NCBI RefSeq assembly: GCF_009834535.1
Contig: NC_045696.1
Coordinates: 6,512,001-6,572,000 of the forward strand
Direction: 5' to 3'
DNA length: 60,000 nt
DNA from: Camelus ferus
Lineage: Eukaryota
The notes beneath the pieces were generated by a model, which had not been told where the DNA came from, searched no databases, and worked only from the letters and a program-made list of their open reading frames with translations. How positions within the stretch are numbered: position 1 is the stretch's first letter; each line of letters begins with the position of its first letter. This document shows positions 25,830 to 39,359 of the stretch, one piece after another. A program made the position numbers and the translations under genes.

Positions 25830-26290
25830 AGAGTCATTTGGCATAACTTTTTTGGCAGCAATTTGACAATGCATACCCCCAACTTAAAACTATTTATTTA
25901 TAATAAATAAATTTACCAAGTCTAAGAATTAATAAGAAATGTGCCTCAGAATTACGTCCAAGAGTGTTCTCTACATTGGCTATAATATTAAAACAGCCAA
26001 ACCAACCTGGATTGCCAATAATATATAAATGATTTTAAATTTATAAAATATTTATTAGCTGAAATAGCATGTCGTCTTTAAAAGTCACGGCAAACACATT
26101 AAATTTTTAAAAAAGGCATTCAATAAATCTGAAGAGGTGGAGTCACTGTTCTGCTTTTTTCTTTTTAGATAAGATTCAAATGAAATGTCTCTAAAAGATT
26201 AACAGCAGTTATCTCTTCAAAGGAAAATAAAATTAGGAAGTTCTTTTTTCCTTTTAACCAGATTTTCCATTTTTATGCAGTTAATCTGAA
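25830..26290 (+). mobile_element. Old L1M (L1ME-like) fragment
   Basis: ttggcataactttttggcagcaatttgacaat...ttataatattaaaacagccaaaccaacct...ttaacagcagttatctct. Confidence 0.55.
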
Positions 26291-26619
26291 AATTCAATTT
26301 CCCTAGCACAGATCATTCCCAAACATTCCAGATTTTACTGTAAATGAGAAGCACTTACTGTGTTCTACCGAGAAACTTTCCACACACTGTCGAGTCCAAA
26401 CCGTATGAAATAATTTAGTCTCAGAGATGTTTCGGTTGTACCAATCCAAGAGCCTAGTGTTTAGTACGCGTTCAGAGTTGTTATTTCGTGTCAATTTAAA
26501 TGATTTTACTTAATGGACTGAGTTAGAAGTTTGTACTTCACCCCAGAGGAATGCTGATAAAGCAGGTTTCTGGCCCAGTGTCTTCACTTAGGCAGGTCCC
26601 TTTACCCCAAATTACTTCT

Positions 26620-26895
26620 CTGTGCCCTGTGCTTGGTAAACTCCTATTTATCCCTTGAGGCCCAATTCAAATGTCCCCTCTTCCAACCTCCAGGGAGAGT
26701 TCCTCTTGCTCTGCTCTTCTGCCTTCTGCAAGTTGTCCACACCTCATGATAACACTTACATGTTGCTGGAATGATCTGTTTTGAAGCTTCTTTTTCCCCT
26801 TAAACCAAGCTCTGTTGGGGGTGGGGGGCAATCAGTTTGTCTTTTAACCCTAATGCCAACACAAGGCCTGCTACATGGTAGGGCCTTAATGTTTG
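26620..26895 (+). mobile_element. L2 3' end
   Basis: aaactcctatttatcccttgaggcccaattcaaatgtcccctcttcc...aacacaaggcctgctacatggtagggccttaatg. Confidence 0.7.
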
Positions 26896-28299
26896 GGGAA
26901 GGAGCAGGGTGGGCAGAGATGCCCTTCCAGTGACCTCAAACCCATCCAGATTTAGTAACTAATGCAGCTCCTTTAAAGATATGGGATGTGATATTCTAGA
27001 TCAAGGAGAGAAGCTAGTCCAAAGCTAGGTGAGAAACTAGGTCCTCTCAAGAACCTGCTGGGCATATGGCTTTACCTATAGGAGAAAGTTCAAGGTCACT
27101 GGTTGACTTCACTTAAAAAAGAAGCACTGCTTACAAATCACCAAGCAGTATTACAAAACAGTACTGCAGTCAGCAATCTTCGCCAGTGTTTGGCTTGTAT
27201 CTGGAAACTTCCTTTACGAGAAGCATAGCTAGAAACCAAGGTCTTGACCACTCCTGATGGTCAAAGATCCTCTGGCGCTAATGTTAAGTGGAGGAGTGGG
27301 GTCAGGAGTTTCTGAGTAATAAGGGCTGACTACACACCCTCACCCCAGTGCGACCCTGATGTTGGAAGTCGGTGAGTTACAAATGCTCTCTGTCCAAAGG
27401 AAGAGAAGAAAGAAAACCACACACACATACAGCCCCCAATGACTATTTGTGAGTGAATATTTACACTCACATACACACACAATATCGACAAATAATAATA
27501 ATAAAATGATTCTCTTAATTCACAAAGTCTACCCAGCAATTCCTGTTTGTGTGTTTCATACAACTTTGAAAAGACTGCTTTGACCCTATTTGAACCATAC
27601 GCCTTAGCTTAACGACTGCGCTGGTTTACTATGCGATGGTGCTTGCAAGCATGTTTTCAAATATCTCACATCTTTCATACTGTGTAACTGGTGTCAACAA
27701 AAAGGGACAGATAACGGAATTGGAAAGACGCTTCCTCTGAATCTAGGTCCGTCACCCACACAAACATAACGCAGCCCAACAGGACACAGCCTCCAGCCTC
27801 CTGGACACCTAAGAGCACACGGTCAAGATTAACAATGACAGTGGAGACAAGAGAATGGAAGAGGAAGTACCAAGGGGCCTTTGAATTGGCCACTTGAAAT
27901 GAGTTCGCCTCTGAATGTAGACCTGGTTGGCCAATTCTTAGTGGAGTATCTTGGATCTGTCTTCAGCCCTATTTTCAGCTGAGATATTCCATTTTCAGGG
28001 GGTTAAATTGGAAATGGGACCCTGGTTGAAAGGTCTGGGCATGGCTCTCTTGTTTGTTCTGTGTGCCATCTTTTGTTTCCTTTTGATCATTGGTAATTAA
28101 AGTCATGAGACGAGAGAGACCAAAACACCTGTCTTTGGATGTGGGGAGAGACAAGGTGTCTGGCTAAGGAGGATGCCTGGTATCGTGAAGCTAAGCTTCG
28201 GGGAACTGAATTGATGAGGGTGGAGAGGATCCTTAAGGAGGAAAGATATGACACTTTGCCTCCATTACTTTGGTGGCTTTGAGATGGCTCTTCTAGCTG

Positions 28300-29420
28300 T
28301 GGGAGTAAGTCCTCTGCCACCACCCATCAGAGTCACTAACAGCTTAGCCAGTGGGCACATTGCACCCATCACTTCCTTGACCCTTCATTTCAGACTGTGC
28401 TCCAGTCTTCTCCCAACTTCTCCCTACTTTTCTGGTCCTTTCTCAGTCTTATTTTAGACACCTCCTCTTCTGCCAGTTTTTTAAATGGTACTTTTCCCAA
28501 GTCCCCATACTCCAAACCATCTTCTTCTCATTACACACACTCCTGTACCCACTCCCAGGACTTGAGATGTTATCTTTATTGTTCAGGAAGCCTAGAGCTT
28601 ACATCTCCACCCCAGGACTCTCTCGTCACTGCAAGAACATCAGTAAAGCCAATGAATGGTTTATGGTGTCCCATTTGGTGGCCCACAGCTTTGCTTCATT
28701 ATCCACTGCCCAGGTCAACTGTCCTCCTCCTGTTGACCCTCAGGCACTGAAAGATACTGAATACCCCTAGTTTACCTCAATATCCCTTAAAGCGGGCCCC
28801 TCTCCCTTCCCACTACCACTGACTTGGCTTAGATGCATGTGCTCGCTTCGGTGACTGCAGCAAGTCATCCTCCCTCTAAAGCACCCCTCGCCCTGCAGCC
28901 TCAGTGATGTCTGTAAAGCATGGCTCAGCTGCCCAGCCCCGGGACCCCACTACGTACAAACCAAAGCCTCAGCTCCTGACCTCACCTCCTGAACACGGCA
29001 TGTGGGACCTTCAGGAACTGGCCCCACCTACCTTTTGGCCTTGGCATGAGCCTCTGTAGCCTGCTACCTGCTGAATGAGGTGCAGTGGCCCAAGTGTGTT
29101 GGTCCTCTATTGATTGATTCAGTGCATTGAAACATGCCAGGCTGTGCTGGAAGGTCCTCTTCCTCTTCACCAGCTTCCTCATCTCTGTCTTTTGAGATGT
29201 GGCCCATTCTAGGTAGGTTCTTTCTCTACCTGTTCTCATGGGCTGGAAGCTCTCCCTGCGTGCTCCCCTGTGCTTCTGTCTCCCAGAATATTTATCTCAG
29301 TGTAGCAGAATTACCAGTTTACTTGTATATCCTTACTTGCCTTAACAATTATCAGACTGACAGCTATTGTGAGTGGAGAATATATGTGATCAGCACCATG
29401 CTGGCTGTTCGGATACTATG
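28300..29420 (+). mobile_element. Degenerate L2 LINE
   Basis: Pyrimidine-rich L2 body, e.g. ttcccactaccactgacttggcttagatgc, acaaaccaaagcctcagctcctgacc. Confidence 0.55.
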
Positions 29421-30169
29421 ACTCCAGATTTCAGAGCAACTCTGGGAAAACTTTGGTAAAAATAAGTAAATGGAGGCTCAGATAAGTTGGAGAGTTTGCC
29501 TGAGGTCATACCATCAGTCAGCTGTGGTGACCATATTAGATCCTGATTCCAGATCAGCTCGTTGTCCATCACAGCCCGCTGCCTCCCACTGGAACGGGAG
29601 CTACCACATCTTATCTTGTCTGCGCCTTGTATGTGCCGCCGCCCGGGTTCTGGAAGAGGCTCAATGTCTGTGAATGCGTGAATAAGTGAATGAATGAATG
29701 GACGCAAAGGGAGCTGGGACTCTTCCAGTTCTGGAAAAACAGACTGGAGTCTCCAGGAAAACAATGTGCTCCTGCGTATTGATGGTACTGAAGAGCTAAG
29801 CGGAGGCAAGGTCACTTCGTCTCAGTCCGCGATCACACACACAGCTGTTTACCGACGGAGGACTCGGCGGGTATCGTGCCTGCAGAGTCCCTGCTCGCTG
29901 GAAGGACATCGTGCTGCGCCGCCTGCAGCCCTCACCCGTACTGCTCCTCGCCCTGTGTTGTTTATCTCTGTGAGCGGCTCCGCAGTCACCCAGCCCAGAT
30001 GCTGGGGTCTGCTTCCCTTCCTCCTTCCTTCGCGACCACAGCCATATGGTGCTCAGGTTTAACCCCCGAATGACTTGTGTTCCCACCCCCCGCTTCTCAG
30101 CCCTTCCATGGCTGCCCCCTGCTCACTGCACCCCTCATTCCTCCTGACCTCTCTCCTCTCTGACTCCCT

Positions 30170-30715
30170 TTCAGAGCCAATCTAACTGCAAATATAACCT
30201 TCCAAAGCCTAGAACTTGTCTGTGTCAGTTTCCTGTGTCAGCCCTCAAATTGTTCTTCAGACCTCACATGATAAGATCTAAACTGCTCACCCAGTGTCCA
30301 AGTCTTCCGGCCGCCATTCTGGTCACATCTCTGGATATTCCATCCATCATCCACGCTTCCACAACAATGAGCTGCTTTCACATCTCTGCACACTGCACGC
30401 TGCCCCCACACTTTCCTATGTTTCCTCCCAGTGCTCCCCCTGCCTGAAAAGTCCACCCGAGTACCAGGCCCCGCCACTGTCCCTGTGGTTTTTCCCTGGC
30501 TCACTCTCCCCTGCATGTGCATTTAAGATCCTCCCTCTCGTTTACTGTTAAAAGTGTAGTGTCAATGCACTCACCACAGTTAGCACGATCTTGTCTTCAC
30601 GCGTCTGTCTCCCCCTCTAGATGGCAAGTTCTTTGAGGGCAGGGACTGGGTCATGTCCCTCTTTGTACCCATAGTAACAGCCCCTGGCATGTGGTAATTG
30701 CTCAAACAAGAAGAG
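30170..30715 (+). mobile_element. L2 LINE 3' region
   Basis: tgtctccccctctagatggcaagttctttgagggcagggactgggtc...cctggcatgtggtaattgctcaaa. Confidence 0.8.
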
Positions 30716-32315
30716 TTTCAGTGACTCATGACTCTGTAAATGAGTCAAGGAATGAATCAACGAAAGGATTAATAATCAATCCATAAATTAAAGAATGAAT
30801 AAATGTCAAAGAGATGGCCCAAAACATGTGAGCATTTTCAATGCATTTATTGTTACATGTGAAGTTTTCTAAATGGCTTCTTTGACATGATTTATATGGG
30901 CACATTGTTCTATTTCTGTGGGAAATGAGTTGCCACAGTGTTCAGATCCTCTGGATTAAGAAATACTTCCTTTTATCTGTCCTGACTCAGATGTTCCCGG
31001 AAGCGGGACAAATGCTTTCAGCTCACTCAGTTGATGACTCTTAGGCTGTGGTTTACTAGTGTCCTCAAAGAGTACACAGATGTTCAGATCAGCTTTCTCC
31101 CCGACTTCTCCCTCACTTCTTGGAGGATGATTAATTACTTCAAGGATTAGAGGTTTCCATTGGAGAAGCACAATTACTTTCACATGTGCTTTGGTTCGTC
31201 ACTTGTTTAGTTCTGCACTCCTCCCACCCCCTCCCTTCCACCAGCCTGGACGTTATTGCAGGGTCCTATTTGTCTTCATTCATTTGGTGGCCATTTTAAG
31301 CAGCTTTTTCAACAACATCGTTAAGAGGCCCAAAGACTCAACTTGAAGACCATGGCAAGGTCGAGAAGGAAGAAGGGAAGGCTCATGGATCTGTAGAGGG
31401 GGCAGGTATGTCTTCTAAACCCCCCCCCCAGTTCTTCTCATCAGCCATCAAATCATCACAGTGGATCTCTAGGATCTGCTTATTAAAATCAAAGGGGCCA
31501 AGTATTGTTTTGGACAGACCATTACCACCATCTAGTCATGAGAGATGGAACCCAGTTTCTAATATGCTATTCTTGTTACTGTTTAAAATAAGCTGTGGAA
31601 TGGACAGTTGAGGGAACTTGTAAAACTCACACATAGCTTAGGACTGACAATGGTGATGTGAGTCTTTGAACTCCAGGGAACAAGCTCCACCCTGGCCGGG
31701 CACTGAACTATGGCACTGTCTCCTTGAAGATGCCACTATTCCCCAGTGACTCCTAATCACCAGTATATCACTCACTCACTCACTCTGCCACTGATTCAGC
31801 AAACATTTAACACTATTGCAAGAAAAATGTGGTCCTTGAAATACATAATGGTGAATGACGCATGGTCCTGGCCCTCAAACATGTACCGATGACATAAATT
31901 GTGACTACACCAAGAATAGTCTTTTATGCCTACACACCATCCCATGGACTCTTCCATATTTCTGTCATAAAACTGATGGTATTTGTTGTTTTATGTGTTT
32001 CTTTCATCCCACAAGATGCCCATCTGTGTGAAGACAGGAACCTTGTCTTGTTCTAGCAGTCTGTGCTGTCCTTGCCTAGCACAGAGCCTTCCCAGCTGGC
32101 ATGGACGGCTGTAAAATATGGAAACATACCGAGGCATCCCAGGAATAGGATTGATTCTTTCCAACTGGAAGAATCACAGACTTCTTCACGCATTTTTGGT
32201 AGGAAGAAAAATAGAGCAAAGAGAATTGCCCTCCGGGGGATCTGACCAGGCAAAGTGTGGGGTGCTGGTAAAGTACTTTCCTAAGTACCCGCATTTGATT
32301 GGACCAAAGGGTATA

Positions 32316-32520
32316 GCAACGATTTTCAACTATGGCTGCATATAAGGAACACCCGGGGACATTTTAAAATGCTCTAAAACCTTAGCTCCACCCCAGGTCA
32401 ACTGAATCAGAATGTCTCATGGTGGCAGGGAAGAAGACATCTGAGTAGAAGACTGAATTTGGGTACTTTTTCAAAGTTCCCCATTTGCTTCTAATGAGTA
32501 TCCATGGTTGAGAATCACTG
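32316..32520. mobile_element. MER5-like DNA transposon
   Basis: gattttcaactatggctgcatataaggaacacccggggacattttaaaatgc...ccaccccaggtcaactgaatcagaat...ggttgagaatcactg. Confidence 0.8.
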
Positions 32521-32539
32521 TGGCACCTGTGGAAAGTTA

Positions 32540-33270
32540 ATTTGAGGCCAGGTTGCAAGCTACCTGGGCAAGAGATTTTAAGAGGCCATGGAGATCCTAC
32601 TGAAATTTAATCTTTCAACAGGCAGAAAGACGCCAGGCTCCTCCAGCTGGGCAGACCGAGGACAGAGTGGCTGTAAAGAGGCTATTTCAGAGGCTGCTGA
32701 ATTCAGGTGAGAATACATGAACTTGGGGCGTCACTGCCAAGAGTTACCAACAGGGAAGCCTCACACACCTATTAGCTGTGACGTGGTGATGGGGGAACAG
32801 GAGCGGAAAGGGCTCTGGGGCTTGGTGCCTGGATGAAGAGGAAGCCTTTCCTGAAAAGCAGAGGGCACTGAAGGCAACACGCTGAGGCTGGCTCTAAGCA
32901 CGTTTGCTCTGAGGGGTCCATCTCCAGGAAATGAACCTGGGGCTGATGATGGGGAGTCCCTGCGCAAGAAGTAGGAGTTGACCCCCGATGAGTCAGTGAG
33001 ATCTGCCAAAGAGGAAAATACCAGAGAAGAAGGCAGCCGAGGGCAGAATCTCGGGGATCGTCTGAAGAGGAAGAGAGAGGACTTCCCAGCAAAGGGGCCG
33101 GAAGCGAGCAGCCAGTGCAGGGACGGCGATGTGAACTCACTGGAGGGGACAGCCAAGGAGGCTCGATTTCCAGAACAAGGGCGTGACCTAGAGGTCAGAG
33201 ATTGGAGGGTGAAGAAGGAGGCCCTGGGAGTAGGAGGTCTTAGAATGGAAGGGGGACACCTGCTTCCCTA
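32540..33270 (-). mobile_element. L2 LINE remnant
   Basis: Purine-rich degenerate L2 antisense sequence (gaggccaggttgcaag...ggtcagagattggagggtgaagaaggag). Confidence 0.5.
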
Positions 33271-33944
33271 AGACAGGAGGGAGAGCGGACAGGTTACGTC
33301 CACTGCACGTGTACATGTCAAGCACTTACTCTTTTCCAGACTCTTCTAGACACTGGGGACCCAAGAGCACAGATAAGATTCTTGTCCTCATGAAGCCTCT
33401 TCTCCAGGTGTGGGGAACAAGGAGGAAGATGAGAAGCTTATTAAAAAGTCCTGAGCAGTGGAGGATGCAACTTGAGGAAATGTGCTCTTTCTTAGTCCGG
33501 GGACTGGCGGTAGCACCCCTTGGTGTAGGAGGACCAAGGTGGAGAAACGTAGAACGACCTGGACTAGCCCCCAGGAAGCACGCAGGGGAGGTGATAAGAG
33601 GCGGAGAAAGGAGACCAGCCAGTCGCAAGGGCCCCGTCAGCTCCCCACGCGGGAACTGGCACCTTTGGCCACACACACCGTGGCCTCGCAGCCCAGGAGC
33701 ACGGCTGAGTGTGGAAGAGGTGGGCTGCTCCGAGTTAGGTACTGGCAAGGTCTCAGTGGTGAGAGGTTACCGGGCCTCGGGATTGCGGATACCACATTAG
33801 AAACATGAACATTTGAAAAACCGCAGAATGGAAATACTCAAGGTCACGGCACACTCATCAGCTCGTGGAATCTAGCTAGTAACTGAGCACATTAGGAAGC
33901 CTGCTAACTCTGCTCTCGAGTTTTAGAAGGGCTATAATTTGGTA

Positions 33945-34025
33945 TCGCCAGCTATCAATTAGTCCTGTTTTCCTCATCTGTAAAATGAGAGGGTTGGACA
34001 GCATGACCTCAAAGTTCTCTCCCAG
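33945..34025 (+). mobile_element. MIR/MIR3 fragment
   Basis: tttcctcatctgtaaaatgagagggttggacagcatgacctcaaagttctctcccagc. Confidence 0.75.
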
Positions 34026-35273
34026 CGTGGTCAGTGCTGATCGTGAGAGCACACGTGAAACCCTGAGAGTTAATTTGCTTCCTTCACGTTTACATCTCAT
34101 GTTTCACTATTAGCGTTCAAAAATGCGTCTGCAGAGCAAACACGACACTGTTAAGTCTGTGCCTGCAAAACCCTTAGTTTTATGGGCCATCCTGGTTTTA
34201 AAACAAATCACCTTATGAAAACATACAACTTAATCCTGGTTGGAGAAATCACAAGTGTCATGGGCAATTGAGCAGAGTAATTGGCAGGTCATCGACAGGA
34301 CATTGATGAATGGGGTCTAATATTTGCATGCCTGGGAAATTGCTTTGTGAATAATGGGAGAAAAGAGAGATATGGTCAAAGTGTATTGAGGGAGAAAAGG
34401 AGCTTTTCAAATATTAGGGCAATAGTAGGTAAGGATATTAAATAAAGTCACACAAATGGGACTTGTCTATCAGAGTTAGATTAATTTAGAACGATCTCTC
34501 TCAAAAATTGTGAATTAAGAGTCAACCAGGCCTTGGGTGGATTCTGAAAGCCTCAGACAAACTGATCAGTAAAGATCACTGGGGTGCTAGCTAGCTACAG
34601 TCATTTAATATTTTTAAAATCTCATCACTTTCCATACGGACTTGTAAATAGTAATATACACGACTTTGAAAGAAATGAACCTAAGTGTGTGTCCTTTTTC
34701 AAACAGCTGCATTTTTATACACGTCATTGAAATCAAGGACGTTAAGGGTCAAAGCTCAGCACTAAGGCTGCAAGTTATTTACTTGTAAATTTAATCTGAT
34801 TATTAGCTGATCCGTGTTTGTAGAAGCTGTTTGATCCACTATTGTCAAAAGGAGTCTTTGCTAGCTAACTACCTTTCAGTTTTATACTAAGGCCTTTGTC
34901 TATGCAAATAAACTGAGGTCTCAGTCTTTACAGCACAGGGTACAAGTATTCATTCTTGTTTTCCTGATGAAGTGAATGCTGTATTCTATTTGCAGCCTCA
35001 TAGAGTAGTTAGTGCTTCATCATTGTTAAGCACTGGAATTTTCAAAAGTATGAATTTTCAAATCAGTAAGATAAATATATACATAAAAGAGTGGTGAGTA
35101 GGGGAAAAAAATCGTGTCCAAGGTCAAGATGAATCACTTTGGCTGGACCTTCCGGAAATTCCCTGGTCCTTTGAGCTTTGAGCTTTTTATTTTTCCCTTC
35201 CTTCTCTACCACCCCGGGTGATCAGTGAGAAGCTCGGGGCGGCGAGGGTGGGGCGGGTTGCAGAGGGACTTAC

Positions 35274-35465
35274 CTGGCATTCAGGTGCTGGGGCTCCAGC
35301 CCAGCTAAAGATCTCAGGGACCTGGGGAAGCGATGAGGGGGCCTGGCTCTGCAGGGAGGAAGCCCAGGTGCTGGGAGGCTGGTGTGCAATCCACACCTAT
35401 AGGCTGTGTGCTCACGTGCCAGCTGAGAGACTGGGCGGGGCGTGAACATGCCCTCCGCCCCGGAG
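35274..35465 (-). promoter_or_regulatory. Candidate alternative promoter and first exon of KCNJ15
   Basis: Perfect donor CAG|GTAAGT (35273-35268), GC boxes GGGCGGGGC (35433-35441) and CCCTCCGCCCC (35451-35461), E-boxes CACGTG (35413) and CAGCTG (35420), locally CpG-richer. Confidence 0.55.
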
Positions 35466-35896
35466 GTAGAAGCCAGGCATTGGAGCAGGGGCCTCCGTCC
35501 TATGCTAGCAGCCTCTGCCCACCTCCAAGGACAGAGCCCTTGAGCCACGAGGGTTTCCATGACAAACAAGACTTGGTTTCAATGGATGAAAAACAGTCCC
35601 CTTGCATCATAAGGCAATTATACCTGATATAGCTACAGATTTTTTTAAAGCTATTCAACAACAAAAGGTGCTAAGCAGAACAACCCAGAGGCCTGGAAGG
35701 CAGCACAGTGTTTTCTTATTCTTCGGAGGTGCTAAGGGACACTGGAAGCTCTTTCTCTCGCCTGAATTCTAACCAATGGGCTCTGGGACTTGGGAAGTTA
35801 CCTGGTGAAGCCTCGCATTTTAACAGCTCTCAAAGCTGCCCAGGGCGTCACACTTTCTCATGGGTCTGATCCGTGGCACTAAGTCACAGGTTTTGA

Positions 35897-36070
35897 GTGT
35901 ATGTGTGTGTATGTGTGTGTGTGTGTGTGTTTTCAGCTGAAGTACAGTTGATTTACAATATTGTGTTAGTTTTAGGTGTACAGCAAGGTGGTTCGGTTAT
36001 ATATATATGTATGTATCTATATTCTTTTTTTTTCTGATTTTTTTCCATTACAGTGTATTATAAGGTGTTG
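35897..36070 (-). mobile_element. LINE-1 3' end whose tail has become a (TG)n microsatellite (35897-35930)
   Basis: (TG)n then tgaagtacagttgatttacaatattgtgttagttttaggtgtacagcaaggtggttcggttata. Confidence 0.85.
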
Positions 36071-37262
36071 ACGTGTGCTTTGCATTTAAAACGTCGGGTC
36101 AGTAAGCAGCCCCTTGTGGTGGATAATTATAGACAAACAGGAACATGCTAGCAACTTCTTGTGACACGGGGTGGATCTCGTGCTCCTTCGCTTGTGATGA
36201 CCCCCATGTGCATTTCTACAGACGTTTCTTCCCTGCACAGTCTGTCCCCACAATGAGCTCAGGACAGGATGTGGACTATCTGCACAGAGTAACAAGGACC
36301 AGGTCCGGCAGCCAGAGCTCGGGTGGTTGCACAGTGTAAGCTGTCAGAATAGCACGCGGCTCTCCATCCTCTGCTTGGAAAAGCACTAAAATGCCACCGA
36401 GCCCGGTTCCCAGGGGTTTCCCTGACAGGACCCTCTTTGGGAAGGACAGAGCTCAGAGAAGGAACTACTGACAAATGTCAACAGTTTAGGAAAAGCTGGA
36501 ATCCTGTGTCTTTTTAAAACTTGCAAATGTTTTACTGATTCCCTATTTCTTCCTACTCAGGCCTCTCATCTGTTTCCAAATTGTAAGACAGTTCAATCAT
36601 TTTGCTTCCCCCTGAGGTCGGGTTTGTCTTTTCCTCTTGGGCTTCACCTGGGATGGGAGGAGACCTGGTGAGGGGTCCCAAGCTCCTTCAGAAGAACCAG
36701 CTCCTCTACGTGCTGCAAAACCACGGGCAAGTCACATCATCTGTAATGGGAGAGAGGGTCGTGCTAACTTCTCTGAAACACCCTTAAGCTTTAGCTATCT
36801 GTGATGCGAAATTTCAAGTAAAAACGTGGAGAGAGACTCAGCTCCAAATCTGAGCTTCTCTAAGCCAATATGGGCTTCAAGAATGCCTGTCTTTGAAGAT
36901 GCCCAACCCTGCTTTGCATCGAGAAGGTTTAGAAAGATGGATCCATGCAGCTGAGACCCCTGCCGATTCTGGTGCTTTCTGGTGGACTTGGGTGAAGGGG
37001 ACGTGGCTCTGTAAGATGAGAACAATGCTGTCACTCAGAAATACCCTTGGCTATTCAAGAAACGGGCTAGCGACGTATCTGCCACATTTCAAATTCTTTA
37101 TGAGGCACGTGGCGAAGTATGGGCGACCCGGAATGATAAAATAGTTATGCTCTCCCTAAAACGTTAACACGCTTATAAATCTTTTCAGCCTGTTACTACA
37201 GAGCCAAGAACAAGGAGTCCAGCTTTGCCTTGGTCCTCTCAAAAATCTACAGGGAGAACGCG

Positions 37263-37705
37263 CTATCAAGTCATGAAAAGACATGAAGAAAACTTCAGCG
37301 TATGTCACGAGGTGAAAGTAAGCCAATTTGAAAAGGCTGCTTCCTGCGTGATTCCAACTACATGAAGTTCTGGAAAAAGCAAAGCCATGGAGACAGAAAA
37401 AGATCAGTGGTTGCCAGGGGTTAGGGAAGGCAGGGGTGAACAGGGGGGACGTGGAGAGTGTTTAGGGCAGTGAAACCTCTCCTGTGAGGTCATCATGGTG
37501 GATACGTGTCAGAACGTGTTTGTCCAAACCCACAGAACGTTCAGCGCCAAGAGTGAGCCCTGTGCTGAACGACGGACTTGGATGATGAGGCTGTGTCGTC
37601 ATCCTCGGTTAAGAAATGTACCATCTGATGAGTGGTGTTGATAAGGGCAGCGGGCGATGCATGAGAAATCTCTCCCTCTCAGTTTTGTTGTAAATCTAAT
37701 ATTAT
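37263..37705 (+). mobile_element. L1MC-type 3' UTR fragment
   Basis: tatcaagtcatgaaaagacatg...agccaatttgaaaaggctgc...tgattccaactacatgaagttctggaaaaagcaaagccatggagacagaaaaagatcagtggttgccagggg...tgtccaaacccacagaa. Confidence 0.85.
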
Positions 37706-37744
37706 TCCATGCTCGACTCTGTCTTGAGCATTTGGGTGCTAGGG

Positions 37745-37995
37745 AAGCCGTAATACAGTGTAAAGGTACAGGGTTGGAGCCACCCACAGACTCGGGTTCA
37801 AACTTCAGGTCTGCTGGTTAGGATGCGGGCAGGGGACAAGTTACTTCAAGTCTGAAAGCTCGTGTTGCCGACTGTCTGCTGGGGTCGCCCTGATGATGAA
37901 GTGAGATGTTGTATGGAAAGCAATTGGGTGGTGACTTTGGACGAGTGATTTAATCTCCCTGGTTTTCAGCTTCCTTCTTTTGGAAAAGATAATAA
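37745..37995 (+). mobile_element. MIR fragments
   Basis: acagactcgggttcaaacttcaggtctgc...ggacaagttacttca; gtgactttggacgagtgatttaatctccctggttttcagcttcc. Confidence 0.65.
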
Positions 37996-39359
37996 AGCTG
38001 GCCTAGCATGAGACAAGAGCTACAAACAGTGAGTTGAATGTACCTAACTCAAGGCATAAGCTAGGACTCGACTAGGGTAGCTAGCTGGTTCTCACTGGGT
38101 CAAGCGTGACGTGCCCTGGGCCCTCAGCTGTCCCGGGGCTGGTAATCTGACTGGGGAAAGAGGTGGAACCTGTGCCTCACAGATATTCAAATCGGGACAC
38201 AGTGTTTGATTCGCTCTTAGTGGTACAGACACAGTCTAGGTTCGATTCAGCCTAGAGAAAATGAAATTCAGGAAGTGCAGAAGTGGTCAGGCTCCACGGA
38301 GAAGGGAAAAACCCGAGCTCAGCAGGCCTTGAAGGAGAGAAGGAGACTCTGATAGAAAAAGGAAAGAAATGAGGGCTTTCAGGGAGAGACCTCGCAGGCA
38401 ATGGTGACAAGGTGGGTGAATCCAGAAGCAACAGAACACGGGCCCGAGTGGGTGGGGAGGGAAAGTGCATAACTGAGGTCGGGTGATGGAGAAGCTTGGT
38501 GATAAACAGGTCATCAAATGGATAACTCCCGGACACTGCGCTACATGCATGCTTACGACTACTGGGGTCCCCAGAGCTGGTTAAGATGGCTACTGACTGC
38601 AAACATCCCCAGCTCCTGAGGGCACCTGGTGTTCTCTTGGTGCCATATTTACTCTGTCTCCTCATCTCTGATTTTGGGAGCATTGTGGTTTCTTTCCATA
38701 CCAGCCTGTGCAGTGTGAAGTCAATTTACAGTTTACAGGGATTTCTCCCACACCCATATATGTTTTCCACTGAAGTCTGTACTTTTTCCTAGACCCACCC
38801 AGATTCCAGAGCGTGATTCAACTGTATGCCAGGACCACAGTCTTTCTCTTTGTCCCTCTCCTCTCCTTATAAAACCTAAGAGAAAGTTAACGTTGATGTT
38901 GTCTCTATGTATTTTTCACGGAGAAGAATGAAGGAACTCAACAAACAATTGCAAAGGTAACTTCCGATTCAATCCGCATTGAGAAGAGCAGTCATTTCTA
39001 GAAGGAAGCCCAGTCAGCCCGCTGTGCCAAAGCTAAGCTCTCATTCACTGAAGTCTGAGCAGCTACAGGCATAGAATCCCTTTTAAAAGTTGAAAAATTT
39101 CAAAAAGCTGCTTGAAGATTTTGGAAGGGTAGTAACCTAGACTCTGGAATTTTGAGTTTCCTTATAAAGCAAATTTTTAAAAAGCAGAATTGTATAAAAA
39201 GGGAATTAGGTCCCCAGGGAGGAAAGGAGGATTGCTTTTTGGTCATTTTGAGAATGCTCGTTCCCTCCTGACTCCTAGAAGCAGAAGTGGCTTCCCCACG
39301 CTTTCAAAAAGTCTGTTCATTTCACTTTTCAGTTTTATTCTTGTGGGGAGGAATTTCTC

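Noticed and set aside
32761..33808. Cluster of 97-163 aa ORFs on both strands
   Set aside because: GC-rich decayed L2 and unique sequence, often non-ATG starts, no domain resemblance or splice structure.
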